Positions 46,804-54,695 of a DNA stretch of 54,695 nucleotides are shown here, piece by piece. The translations under genes were made by a program, and so were the position numbers. The stretch comes from Actinomycetota bacterium (GTDB lineage: Bacteria > Actinomycetota > Actinomycetes > Nanopelagicales > Nanopelagicaceae), in the NCBI GenBank assembly GCA_039796875.1, contig JBDKIY010000001.1, positions 1 to 54,695 of the forward strand, read 5' to 3'. Numbering within the stretch: the stretch's first letter is position 1; each line of letters opens with the position of its first letter. Below the pieces are notes generated by a model, which worked only from the letters and a program-made list of their open reading frames with translations, searched no databases and was not told the DNA's origin.

Positions 46804-46878
46804 GCCTCCCTAGCTCAGTGGTAGAGCATCCGCCTTGTAAGCGGAAGGTCGTCAGTTCAATCCTGACGGGGGGCTCCA
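46804..46878 (+). tRNA. tRNA-Thr (anticodon TGT)
   Basis: Cloverleaf folded by hand. The 7-bp acceptor stem is gcctccc/ggggggc, the D arm gctc/gagc, the anticodon stem tccgc/gcgga with loop cttgtaa, and the T arm gtcag-ttcaatc-ctgac. The CCA end is encoded. Confidence 0.93.
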
Positions 46879-46881
46879 GAA

Positions 46882-47373
46882 TTAATGTTTTTTGAATCTC
46901 TCGTATGAAGCTTTGATTTCAGTCTCAGCCTCTTCATGCCCCACCCACATTGCACCTTCCACGGATTTTCCTGGTTCTAGATCTTTGTAAACCTCAAAGA
47001 AGTGTTTGATTTCTAAGCGATCAAACTCTGGAACATCATTTATATCTTTGAGATGAGATTTACGAACATCTCCCGCTGGAACGCAAAGCAACTTGTCATC
47101 GCCGCCAGCTTCGTCATTCATGCGAAACATTCCAATTACACGGCAGCTAACAATGCAACCGGGAAAGGTTGGTTCATCAAGCATTACTAATGCATCTAGC
47201 GGATCGCCATCAAGGCCAAGAGTATTTTCAACATAACCGTAATCCCACGGGTAACGGGTTGAGGTAAAGAGCATGCGGTCTAACCTAATTTTCCCGGTCT
47301 CGTGATCAACTTCGTACTTATTTCTTGAACCAGCAGGAATCTCAATCAATACATCAAAAACCAGATTGCTCAT
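46882..47373 (-). CDS. ppa: Inorganic pyrophosphatase (family I)
   Basis: Contains EIP.GS.NKYE and DGDP.D..V motifs. 163 aa. Confidence 0.93.
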   Translation of the reverse strand: MSNLVFDVLIEIPAGSRNKYEVDHETGKIRLDRMLFTSTRYPWDYGYVENTLGLDGDPLDALVMLDEPTFPGCIVSCRVIGMFRMNDEAGGDDKLLCVPAGDVRKSHLKDINDVPEFDRLEIKHFFEVYKDLEPGKSVEGAMWVGHEEAETEIKASYERFKKH

Positions 47374-47416
47374 AAATGAAGTCTAACCCTGGATCTTAAA
47401 TTGCCATATAGCAAAT

Positions 47417-47446
47417 GAGGCTGGGGCCGATTAAGACCCCAGCCTC
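47417..47446 (-). terminator. Hairpin downstream of the large surface-protein gene (gaggctgggg-N10-ccccagcctc)
   Basis: A 10-bp perfect GC-rich stem 24 nt after the stop at 47470. On the minus strand it is followed by cattt (weak U-tract). Confidence 0.6.
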
Positions 47447-47469
47447 AATTGTTCTGGTCAATTAGTGAT

Positions 47470-49977
47470 TTATGGAAGTGATGCGTGAACCGCGTTATTC
47501 CAGAAATCGTAATAACCGCCTAGCAGTATTAATTGCGCTCTATTTAAGAGAACTAACTTGCTGTTAACTAGCGCAATAAGAGCGGTAGGTGATTCAGCGC
47601 CGGGGTAATCAGCCCCGTAATAGGCCTCATTCAATAGCGCAGCGATTGCAGCTCGGAACATAATCTGAGCTCCACCGGATAGGCCGGTTCCGCCACGATA
47701 TGCCAAGCCATCAATCAACTTGTCTTTGCTTCCATTCTTATCTAGATCAAGAACTCCTCCAGATAGATAACCACTTGGGACAGTGAATACATCTTGGATG
47801 AATCCGTTTGGTGAATATCCACTATTCCAATCCTCTGGATGGTTTTTCCAGTATCCGGGTGTGCGTCCGTACCACCAAAAGTTAACAGTGGCAGAGGCGT
47901 TTGCGGTATCAGAGTTCATCTCATTATCTTTAGCAACCGCTGTTGCGGTATTAATGAAGGAACCTCCAGGAGTTCCTGTTAAGTAATAATCGATAGTTAC
48001 ACATTCAACATAAGCACCTGGTGCTAGAACTGAGCCAACCAGTGCGAGACATTGTGCTGACAACATAATTTTGTCATCAACAAATGAGGTGACTGTCACG
48101 GTTTCAGTTCCTACATTGGTAATACGGAATGTGTAATCGATGTAATCGCCGGTCCAACGTGCTGCGGTTGGATTAGCGGTCTTAGTTAGTGAGATGTCTG
48201 GTAGTACATCACTGAAACTAACAGAAGCATCATCACTCTTTGAGGCAGGGTTTCCTTCTGGATCCTGACCGCTAGCGGTAACGGTATTTACATGAGTTAC
48301 CAAGCTGTCAGAGGAAAGTGTTTTATCAAAGGTACAGCTGTATTGAGCTCCCGCTGCAATAGTTTGTGGCACGGCACAGGTGCCAACTCCATTCAGATTC
48401 CCAAATTTGTCATCAATCAAAGAGTTAAGAGTGAAATTCTCAACTGCGTTGTTGGTAACAACTACGGTGAATGTGACTAAACCACCGGTTTCTGGAACTG
48501 ACGCTACCGAAGCAGATTTGCTCACATCGATTTTTGGTAAGAAATCAATGGTGACCGCTGCAGAATCCTGATCAGTAACAGTTGTAGTTTCATAACTCCC
48601 AGTTACAACCGCGGTATTAGTGAATGAAGCCAATAAGGCAACAGTTGTGCAGGTGTAGGTCTCTGATGCACCAGCAGCCAGCGAACTCCAGCTTTTATCG
48701 CATGAAGGGGTAGCTGCATCGGTCACTGCAACATTTGTGAGATCCACATTTCCGGTATTGGTAACTGTGATGGAGAAAGTCGCCGTTAGTCCATCAAATA
48801 CCGTCTGTGTATCAGGGGTTTTCTGAATATCGATACTTGGTGCAGCTTCAGGAGCATCGATGTAAACCGTTGCGGTATCGGTAGCGGTCAAAGTGTTGCC
48901 ACCCGTAGATGCATCATTACCGGTAACGGTTGCCGTATTTACCAAGGTAGTGTCTTTACCACCATCAAAAGCCAACACCTTTTCTGCAGTAGCTGTTGCT
49001 CCTGCAGCTAGGTCGTCAGCCTGACCATCGGAATCAAGATCAGTTAAACCTGAGGTAACGTTTACGGTGAAATCTGGATAGATACCGCTGTCATCATTGA
49101 TTTGCGAGATGTTGAAAACCGGCGCACCTAATTTGCCACCCGTATTACTTGGATTAGTAATTACGTAGCAGTACTTAACTTCATCATTTGGTGCGATTAA
49201 AACACTCTCGCCACCAGGACAACTTAGATTTGGAAAAGTAACAGTCTTTGCCAATACCAACTGTGGAGTAGAGATTAAGTTTGTGCTCTTTAGATCAATG
49301 GTCTTAGCACCGCCACCAATTTCCTCGGCTGGTGAAACCGCAACATTGCCTTGTTGGAAGATTAAGAATCCGGTTTCATATTTAGCTTGCAAATTACCGG
49401 TTGGCGTAGATCCAGCCTGGCAATCGAGAGTTAAATCGATTCGGATCACAATGGTTTCATTGGCTTCGACATCTGTGATGTTGTAAGTGGCAAATAACTC
49501 TGAGCCACTGGTGAAAACCGGACCGCTAGAGCTGGTACTGACTAGAGAAATTGCGCTATTTCCATCTCCGCGCGATGCGGAGTCGGTCGCATCGTTAATC
49601 GACGCGGTAATAGGAGTATTAAGTGCAACACCTGATTGCCCCGTGGTATCTAAATCAAAGGAGTATTTGAGCTGATAGGTCATAGCTCCCATAGCAATTA
49701 GCGCTGGAGAGTTTGGAATTGTTAGCTTGGTTAAGTAGCTAACTTTGTCCTTGCAGGCAAAGTTTTCACCTTCAAGTGATCGTTCGATATCGACATTTAC
49801 GGTGCCGGCTTTCCACTTTCCGCCACCAGTTATATGGCTATAGGTCGTGGGTTCGGCGGCAGCAAAGTCAATTGCAACGCCGCTAATTTGTGCCTTTGAC
49901 GGAATCGCCATCAGCAGCGACATCAAGAGCGCAAACAATGCACCGAAAATTAAATATCGGGAAAATCTAGTTTTCAT
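47470..49977 (-). CDS. Large secreted or surface protein with several DUF11/CARDB-like Ig-fold repeats and an uncharacterised C-terminal domain
   Basis: Signal peptide (…AIPSKA/QIS). At least four repeats of the pattern I.K....V..G..(V/A)T(F/Y).(I/V).VTN.G......(V/L).D. No LPXTG motif, lipobox or C-terminal transmembrane segment seen. Confidence 0.65.
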   Translation of the reverse strand: MKTRFSRYLIFGALFALLMSLLMAIPSKAQISGVAIDFAAAEPTTYSHITGGGKWKAGTVNVDIERSLEGENFACKDKVSYLTKLTIPNSPALIAMGAMTYQLKYSFDLDTTGQSGVALNTPITASINDATDSASRGDGNSAISLVSTSSSGPVFTSGSELFATYNITDVEANETIVIRIDLTLDCQAGSTPTGNLQAKYETGFLIFQQGNVAVSPAEEIGGGAKTIDLKSTNLISTPQLVLAKTVTFPNLSCPGGESVLIAPNDEVKYCYVITNPSNTGGKLGAPVFNISQINDDSGIYPDFTVNVTSGLTDLDSDGQADDLAAGATATAEKVLAFDGGKDTTLVNTATVTGNDASTGGNTLTATDTATVYIDAPEAAPSIDIQKTPDTQTVFDGLTATFSITVTNTGNVDLTNVAVTDAATPSCDKSWSSLAAGASETYTCTTVALLASFTNTAVVTGSYETTTVTDQDSAAVTIDFLPKIDVSKSASVASVPETGGLVTFTVVVTNNAVENFTLNSLIDDKFGNLNGVGTCAVPQTIAAGAQYSCTFDKTLSSDSLVTHVNTVTASGQDPEGNPASKSDDASVSFSDVLPDISLTKTANPTAARWTGDYIDYTFRITNVGTETVTVTSFVDDKIMLSAQCLALVGSVLAPGAYVECVTIDYYLTGTPGGSFINTATAVAKDNEMNSDTANASATVNFWWYGRTPGYWKNHPEDWNSGYSPNGFIQDVFTVPSGYLSGGVLDLDKNGSKDKLIDGLAYRGGTGLSGGAQIMFRAAIAALLNEAYYGADYPGAESPTALIALVNSKLVLLNRAQLILLGGYYDFWNNAVHASLP

Positions 49978-50115
49978 TGGAACCTTCTTTCATTTGTAGA
50001 GTTACCTGCGCTTGGCAGATTCCCACTTGAGATAGGTTTTAGGCTCAAATCTGACTTACATTTGCAACACACATGGCTACTTACAATTCCTGATTGCTAG
50101 CGGTAATCTTTATTT

Positions 50116-51804
50116 GTGTCACAGCAGAGCCGCGATTTTGATGTAGTTGTGATTGGTTCAGGATTTGGTGGATCAGTTGCAGCTTTACGTTTGACTGAAA
50201 AAGGTTATCGAGTTGCGGTACTGGAAGCTGGACGCAGATTCAAAGATAAAGATTTCCCAAAAACTTCCTGGCGGCTATCCAGATTTTTATTTATGCCAAG
50301 GCTTGGAATGCGCGGCATACAAAGAATTCATGCGCTGCCTGATGTTTTAGTTCTAGCTGGCGCTGGTGTCGGTGGTGGCTCTCTGGTTTATGCCAACACT
50401 CTTTATCAGCCATCAGATGAGTATTTCAATGACAAACAATGGCGTGACATCACAGATTGGAAATCAGAGCTAACACCTTGGTACGACCAGGCCAGTCGAA
50501 TGTTGGGCGTTGCGCAAAATCCTTATTTCTCACCATCAGATCAAGCGATGAAGGAAGCGGCCGAGGCGATGGGGGTAGGTCATACCTTCAAGATGGCACC
50601 ACTTGGCGTTCATTTTGGAACTGGACCAGGTGTAATTGAAAAAGATCCTTACTTTGGTGGAGTTGGACCTGATCGTCATGGCTGCCAACAATGCGGTGGT
50701 TGCATGACTGGATGTCGATTTAATGCAAAAAATACTCTGCCTAAGAATTATCTGGGATTGGCTGAAAAGGCCGGCGCACAGGTGTTTCCTGAGACCACCG
50801 TTGAGAAAATTGAGTTGATGCCAAATGGAGGCTGGAAAATAACAGCGCGTAAGAGCTCTGCTTGGTTTGCTGGAAAGAGAACATTTACCGCCGGAGAGGT
50901 AGTTGTTGCGGCCGGAACTTATAACACTCAAAAACTTCTGCATCGCATGAAAGATTCTGGCGTTCTACCAAAGCTCTCTTCCGCTTTAGGAAAACTCTCC
51001 CGAACCAACTCAGAGGCATTAACCGGCGCCATCATGCCGCACTCAAATGAAATTGATTTTTCAAAAGGCGCTGCGATTACCTCATCCTTCTTCCCAGATG
51101 AGCATACCCACATTGAGCCGGTGCGTTATGGAAAAGGTTCTAACTTTATGGGTCTGCTGCAAACCATTATGACCGATGGTGAAAAAGCCGGGGAGCGCAG
51201 AGCAATGTGGTTCAAGACTCTACTTCGCCATCCCAAAATGTTGCTAAAGATTTTTGATGTTAGGCGTTGGAGTGAGCGCTCGGTTATTGCACTAGTGATG
51301 CAAAATGTTGATTCAGCTTTAACAGTGAGGGGAAAGCAAGGAATTTTTGGTTGGCGGTTAACATCAAAAAATAACTCTGATAAACCAAATGCCACTTATA
51401 TACCAGCTGCAAATGAAGTGGTTAGAAAGATCGCTGATAAATATGGCGGAACCCCTGGGGGACACATTGGAGATTTGATTGGTGCGCCATTTACCGCACA
51501 CTTTGTTGGCGGCTGCGTGATTGGTAAATCAGAAAATGATGGCGTAATTGATGCTTATCATCGGGTTTGGAACTACCCAACTTTGCATGTTGTTGATGGA
51601 TCAAGTGTTACCGCAAATTTGGGGGTCAACCCATCACTAACCATCACCGCACAGGCCGAGCGAGCATTTTCATTTTGGCCCAACAAAGGCATTGCTGATT
51701 CAAGACCGGTACAAAGCGCGGGATATCAGCGAATTAGTGCGGTTGCACCGCTAAATCCATTTGTTCCAGAGCATGCCTACGCCGCTCTACGCCTGCCCCA
51801 ATAA
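50116..51804 (+). CDS. GMC-family FAD oxidoreductase (cholesterol oxidase-like)
   Basis: FDVVVIGSGFGGSVAALRLTEKGYRVAVLEAG N-terminus and a C-terminal GMC region (HVVDGS, NPSLTI.A.AER). GTG start. Confidence 0.82.
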   Translation: MSQQSRDFDVVVIGSGFGGSVAALRLTEKGYRVAVLEAGRRFKDKDFPKTSWRLSRFLFMPRLGMRGIQRIHALPDVLVLAGAGVGGGSLVYANTLYQPSDEYFNDKQWRDITDWKSELTPWYDQASRMLGVAQNPYFSPSDQAMKEAAEAMGVGHTFKMAPLGVHFGTGPGVIEKDPYFGGVGPDRHGCQQCGGCMTGCRFNAKNTLPKNYLGLAEKAGAQVFPETTVEKIELMPNGGWKITARKSSAWFAGKRTFTAGEVVVAAGTYNTQKLLHRMKDSGVLPKLSSALGKLSRTNSEALTGAIMPHSNEIDFSKGAAITSSFFPDEHTHIEPVRYGKGSNFMGLLQTIMTDGEKAGERRAMWFKTLLRHPKMLLKIFDVRRWSERSVIALVMQNVDSALTVRGKQGIFGWRLTSKNNSDKPNATYIPAANEVVRKIADKYGGTPGGHIGDLIGAPFTAHFVGGCVIGKSENDGVIDAYHRVWNYPTLHVVDGSSVTANLGVNPSLTITAQAERAFSFWPNKGIADSRPVQSAGYQRISAVAPLNPFVPEHAYAALRLPQ

Positions 51805-52581
51805 CCGCTGGGTTTCTTTAAGTCTGCGATTTGGATTCAAAGTAAGAGGAAAACTTGGATTATGGTAGAAATCCTGCAGTATTTTCTTAACTAAATCAGG
51901 TTTTTCTTTCAATACCGCATGTGAACTTCCCGGAACTATTGCCAGTTGCGCATTAGGAATTGCTTCATAAAGTGAAACGGTGTGATCCGTTGAGAATGGT
52001 TCATCATCGCCGGCTAAAACCAAGGTCGGACAATTAATTTTCTTTAACTGCGCTTTGGTCATCCGAGGTTCTGAGGCCCAAACTTTGTGGGCTTTGTGAA
52101 TAATTTCTACCAACAAATCTCGATGCTGACCGGTGCGCGCTGCAAAGTTATCTTTGGCATCTTCGGCAACCTCACCATTAAAAATCTCATGGTTGAGTCC
52201 GCAGTCATAATGATAATTAGCACCGATTGCGACTAAAGATTTAACCAAATCTGGTCGAGCAATCGCCACCATCAATCCAATAATTCCGCCATCGCTGTGG
52301 CCAATAATGTGGGTGGGTTTTTGAATTACATCTTCTATGTAGGCGATCGCTTCATCACGCTGAAACTTGAAATGATAAAAACCTTCGCGCACCTTGGTCT
52401 TGCCATGCGCGGTTCGGTCATAGCCATAACTGTGATGAGTTTTTTTAACGCTAGGCAAAATCTTGGGGGCAAAACTCTCGGTAGAGCTCAAACCACCATG
52501 CAAAAGTAATAATGGTTCAGATTTTCTCTTTTTCCATTCTTGATGCCAGATTTCATGGCCTCGTAAATCTATGAAACTCAT
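51787..52581 (-). CDS. Alpha/beta hydrolase
   Basis: Contains HGG, the nucleophile elbow GHSDGG and a C-terminal GSSH motif. The 3' end overlaps the GMC gene by 18 nt. Confidence 0.8.
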   Translation of the reverse strand: MSFIDLRGHEIWHQEWKKRKSEPLLLLHGGLSSTESFAPKILPSVKKTHHSYGYDRTAHGKTKVREGFYHFKFQRDEAIAYIEDVIQKPTHIIGHSDGGIIGLMVAIARPDLVKSLVAIGANYHYDCGLNHEIFNGEVAEDAKDNFAARTGQHRDLLVEIIHKAHKVWASEPRMTKAQLKKINCPTLVLAGDDEPFSTDHTVSLYEAIPNAQLAIVPGSSHAVLKEKPDLVKKILQDFYHNPSFPLTLNPNRRLKETQRLLGQA

Positions 52582-53801
52582 GAAATATCCATGATGTGGC
52601 GGTTGCCGCGATCAAAGGTTAAGTAATTCCAAGTCCAATCAGCCATGGTGCCGATTTTGTTACGTCCGCCTAGTAGATAGAAAAGATGCAGCCAGAGCCA
52701 CATGTACCAGGCCACCGCTCCTCCAATGCGAACTCCTTTTACTTCAACTACCGCTTTGTGGCGGCCGATTGTGGCCATAGAGCCTTTATCTACATAGGAA
52801 AACTCTTTTAATGCTTCATTTTTTTGCAGACGCTGAATTTGCTTTGCTACGAATCGAGCTTGCTGCATGGCAACTGGCGCCACCATCGGTAGGAATCTGC
52901 CATCAGCACCTTTAGCTCCAGCAATGTCACCAATAGCAAAAACATGGGGATAGTTAGTGACTTGTAAAGATTGGTCAACCGTAATTCGACCGGCCGCAGT
53001 TGGAATGCCTAGTTTTGCCATCGCCGGTTCACCTTTAACACCGGCGGCCCAAACCGTTACCTCCGAAGGAATCTTATTTCCGTCAGCAAAAAGAATTTGT
53101 CGCGGCTTAACCTCTTTAACTGCGTGGTTGGTGAGAACCTTGACACCAAGTTTTTCTAAATCCTTTTTGGTGCGCTCAGAGAGTTTTGGCGAAAGTGCAG
53201 ATAGTACGCGCTCTCCAGCCTCTACTAAATAAACATCAATATTTTTTGCGGCAGCTGCATTATCGGAATTTAAAGGACCGCGTTTTAGCTCTGCAATTGC
53301 GCCAGCCATCTCAACACCGGTTGGTCCGCCACCAATGACAGCGATGGAGAATTTTGTATCATCCTCAAAACGACACAAATCCTCAAAGCGGCGCATAATC
53401 TCTGATCTAATGTTTAAAGCTTCATTAACAGTTTTCATTCCAAGGGCATTATCGGCAACACCTTTGATGCCAAAGTCATTCGTGGAGGAGCCCAAAGCAA
53501 CAATCAAGTAATCAAAATCTAAAACTTCACTGGAATCTAGCTTTACCGTTTTATTTTTGTGATCAACTGCAATTGGTGAACCCATGCGGAACTTCACTTT
53601 GGTTTTGCGAAGTGCACCACGAATTGGATAAGCCACATGATCCGCCGCCAATCCCGCAGTTGATACCTGGTAGAGCAGTGGCAAAAAAGTTTGAAAGTTG
53701 TGGCGGTCAACTAAAGTCACATGCGCTACCGAATCTAATGCGCGGGCAGCGGTTAATCCGCCGAAACCCGCTCCGAGAATTACTACCTTTGGCCGTGACA
53801 C
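52578..53801 (-). CDS. ndh: Type II NADH dehydrogenase (NDH-2)
   Basis: Two dinucleotide-binding motifs (ILGAGFGG, VIGGGPTGVE) and a GD(I/C)A motif. GTG start. ATGA overlap with the hydrolase gene. Confidence 0.85.
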   Translation of the reverse strand: MSRPKVVILGAGFGGLTAARALDSVAHVTLVDRHNFQTFLPLLYQVSTAGLAADHVAYPIRGALRKTKVKFRMGSPIAVDHKNKTVKLDSSEVLDFDYLIVALGSSTNDFGIKGVADNALGMKTVNEALNIRSEIMRRFEDLCRFEDDTKFSIAVIGGGPTGVEMAGAIAELKRGPLNSDNAAAAKNIDVYLVEAGERVLSALSPKLSERTKKDLEKLGVKVLTNHAVKEVKPRQILFADGNKIPSEVTVWAAGVKGEPAMAKLGIPTAAGRITVDQSLQVTNYPHVFAIGDIAGAKGADGRFLPMVAPVAMQQARFVAKQIQRLQKNEALKEFSYVDKGSMATIGRHKAVVEVKGVRIGGAVAWYMWLWLHLFYLLGGRNKIGTMADWTWNYLTFDRGNRHIMDIS

Positions 53802-53825
53802 TTAAACGAGTCTATCGTTGAGTCC

Positions 53826-54695
53826 ATGAATAAGGGACGTCGAATTCTGGTCACCGGAGCCTCCGGTTATGTAGGTGGCCGATTAGTGCGTGCTTTACTA
53901 AATGAAAAGATACCGGTGCGCATCTTTGTGCGGGATAAATCAAAGGTGATGGGTCAACCTTGGATAAATGAGGTAGAGACCGCGGTTGGAAATGCCAACA
54001 ACTATGAAGAAACTTTAGCGGCGTTGCAAGGTGTGCATACAGCTTTTTATTTACTGCACTCCATTGGTGTTGGAACACATTTTGATGAAATTGAAGCAGC
54101 GATGGCCCAAAACTTTGCCCGTGCCGCAGAGGCGGCCGGTGTTGCTCAGATTGTTTACTTAGGCGGCATCGCGAATGATGACAAACAAAGTAAGCATCTA
54201 GCTTCGCGCGCGAAAACCGGTGAGCTATTAGCTAGTGGAAAAGTTCCGGTTATGGAGCTGCGAGCCGGAATCATAATTGGATCTGGTTCAGCATCATTTG
54301 AAATGTTGCGTCATTTAACACATCGCCTTCCCGTAATGACAACGCCAAAATGGGTTACCAACATGACCCACCCAATCGCAATTCGCGATGTGCTTTGGTA
54401 CTTAACAAATGTTGCTAAATTAGATAAACCGGTTGACGGAATTTTTGACATTGGTGGACCAGAGGTTCTCTCTTATGCCGACATGATGCAAAAATTTGCA
54501 GCCTGCTCAGGCTTGCGTAGAAGATGGATTATTAAAGTTCCAGTGCTATCCCCAAAACTTTCTAGTCTTTGGATCGGCTTTGTAACGCCGGTGCCTACCG
54601 CTTTGGCACGGCCACTGGTTGGTTCTTTGATAAATGAAACTGTGGCCGATCCAAAAAAGAGCATCGATGCCATAGTTCCAAAACCATCTGAAGGT
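53826..54695 (+). CDS. NAD(P)H-binding atypical SDR (NmrA-like/DUF2867-type), 3' end outside the window; absent from the supplied ORF track
   Basis: I translated 290 codons by hand from the ATG at 53826 with no stop before the window edge. Contains ILVTGASGYVGGRLV, a Rossmann motif. Confidence 0.75.
   Translation, partial: MNKGRRILVTGASGYVGGRLVRALLNEKIPVRIFVRDKSKVMGQPWINEVETAVGNANNYEETLAALQGVHTAFYLLHSIGVGTHFDEIEAAMAQNFARAAEAAGVAQIVYLGGIANDDKQSKHLASRAKTGELLASGKVPVMELRAGIIIGSGSASFEMLRHLTHRLPVMTTPKWVTNMTHPIAIRDVLWYLTNVAKLDKPVDGIFDIGGPEVLSYADMMQKFAACSGLRRRWIIKVPVLSPKLSSLWIGFVTPVPTALARPLVGSLINETVADPKKSIDAIVPKPSEG

Noticed and set aside
46804-50115. The tRNA-Thr as an integration site, with the region containing the surface-protein gene as an integrated island.
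   Set aside because: There is no integrase or recombinase gene in the window, and I could not find a direct repeat of the tRNA 3' end. ppa lies between the tRNA and the surface-protein gene. An island origin cannot be supported from this window.
51787-51804. An 18-nt convergent overlap of the GMC oxidoreductase and alpha/beta hydrolase 3' ends. A similar 19-nt overlap lies at 38387..38405, and 11 nt at 4355..4365.
   Set aside because: Tail-to-tail overlaps of this size are common in compact genomes. I saw no evidence of frameshift or mis-assembly, so they are noted only as signs of gene packing.

Overview
This is a gene-dense window from a low-to-mid GC actinobacterium. That call is an inference from mycothiol genes mshA/mshD, GlnR, CarD, SenX3-RegX3 and mycobacteria-like synteny (carD-ispDF-cysS-rlmB, glnR-mshD, mshA-ybjN-gpmA). 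Many genes overlap by 1-8 nt, which fits a streamlined genome. The left part (1 to about 26 kb) looks accessory. It holds a roughly 16 kb catabolic island with no regulator gene: an orphan divergent GcvPA/PB pair, a 3-hydroxyacid dehydrogenase with CoA-transferase A/B, two SDRs, a polar amino acid/opine-type ABC importer, an HcnABC/OoxAB/LhpBEF-type three-component flavoenzyme, a DHDPS-family lyase, a VOC protein and an OYE. After it come sugar genes with a GAF-LuxR regulator, a HigBA module, and three secreted zinc peptidases. The peptidases share an N-terminal Cys2/Lys-rich module and a Pro/Thr linker, and two of them sit in a clear 293-bp segmental duplication. The right part is mostly core: redox and mycothiol genes, a phosphate cluster (pit, DUF47, phoU, senX3-regX3), lacZ, tRNA-Thr, ppa, an 835-aa repeat surface protein, a GMC oxidoreductase and NDH-2. 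I saw no CRISPR array, rRNA, transposase or integrase. One long ORF that runs open to the 3' edge (53826..54695) is missing from the supplied ORF track. All family calls come from motif recognition by eye, not from searches.
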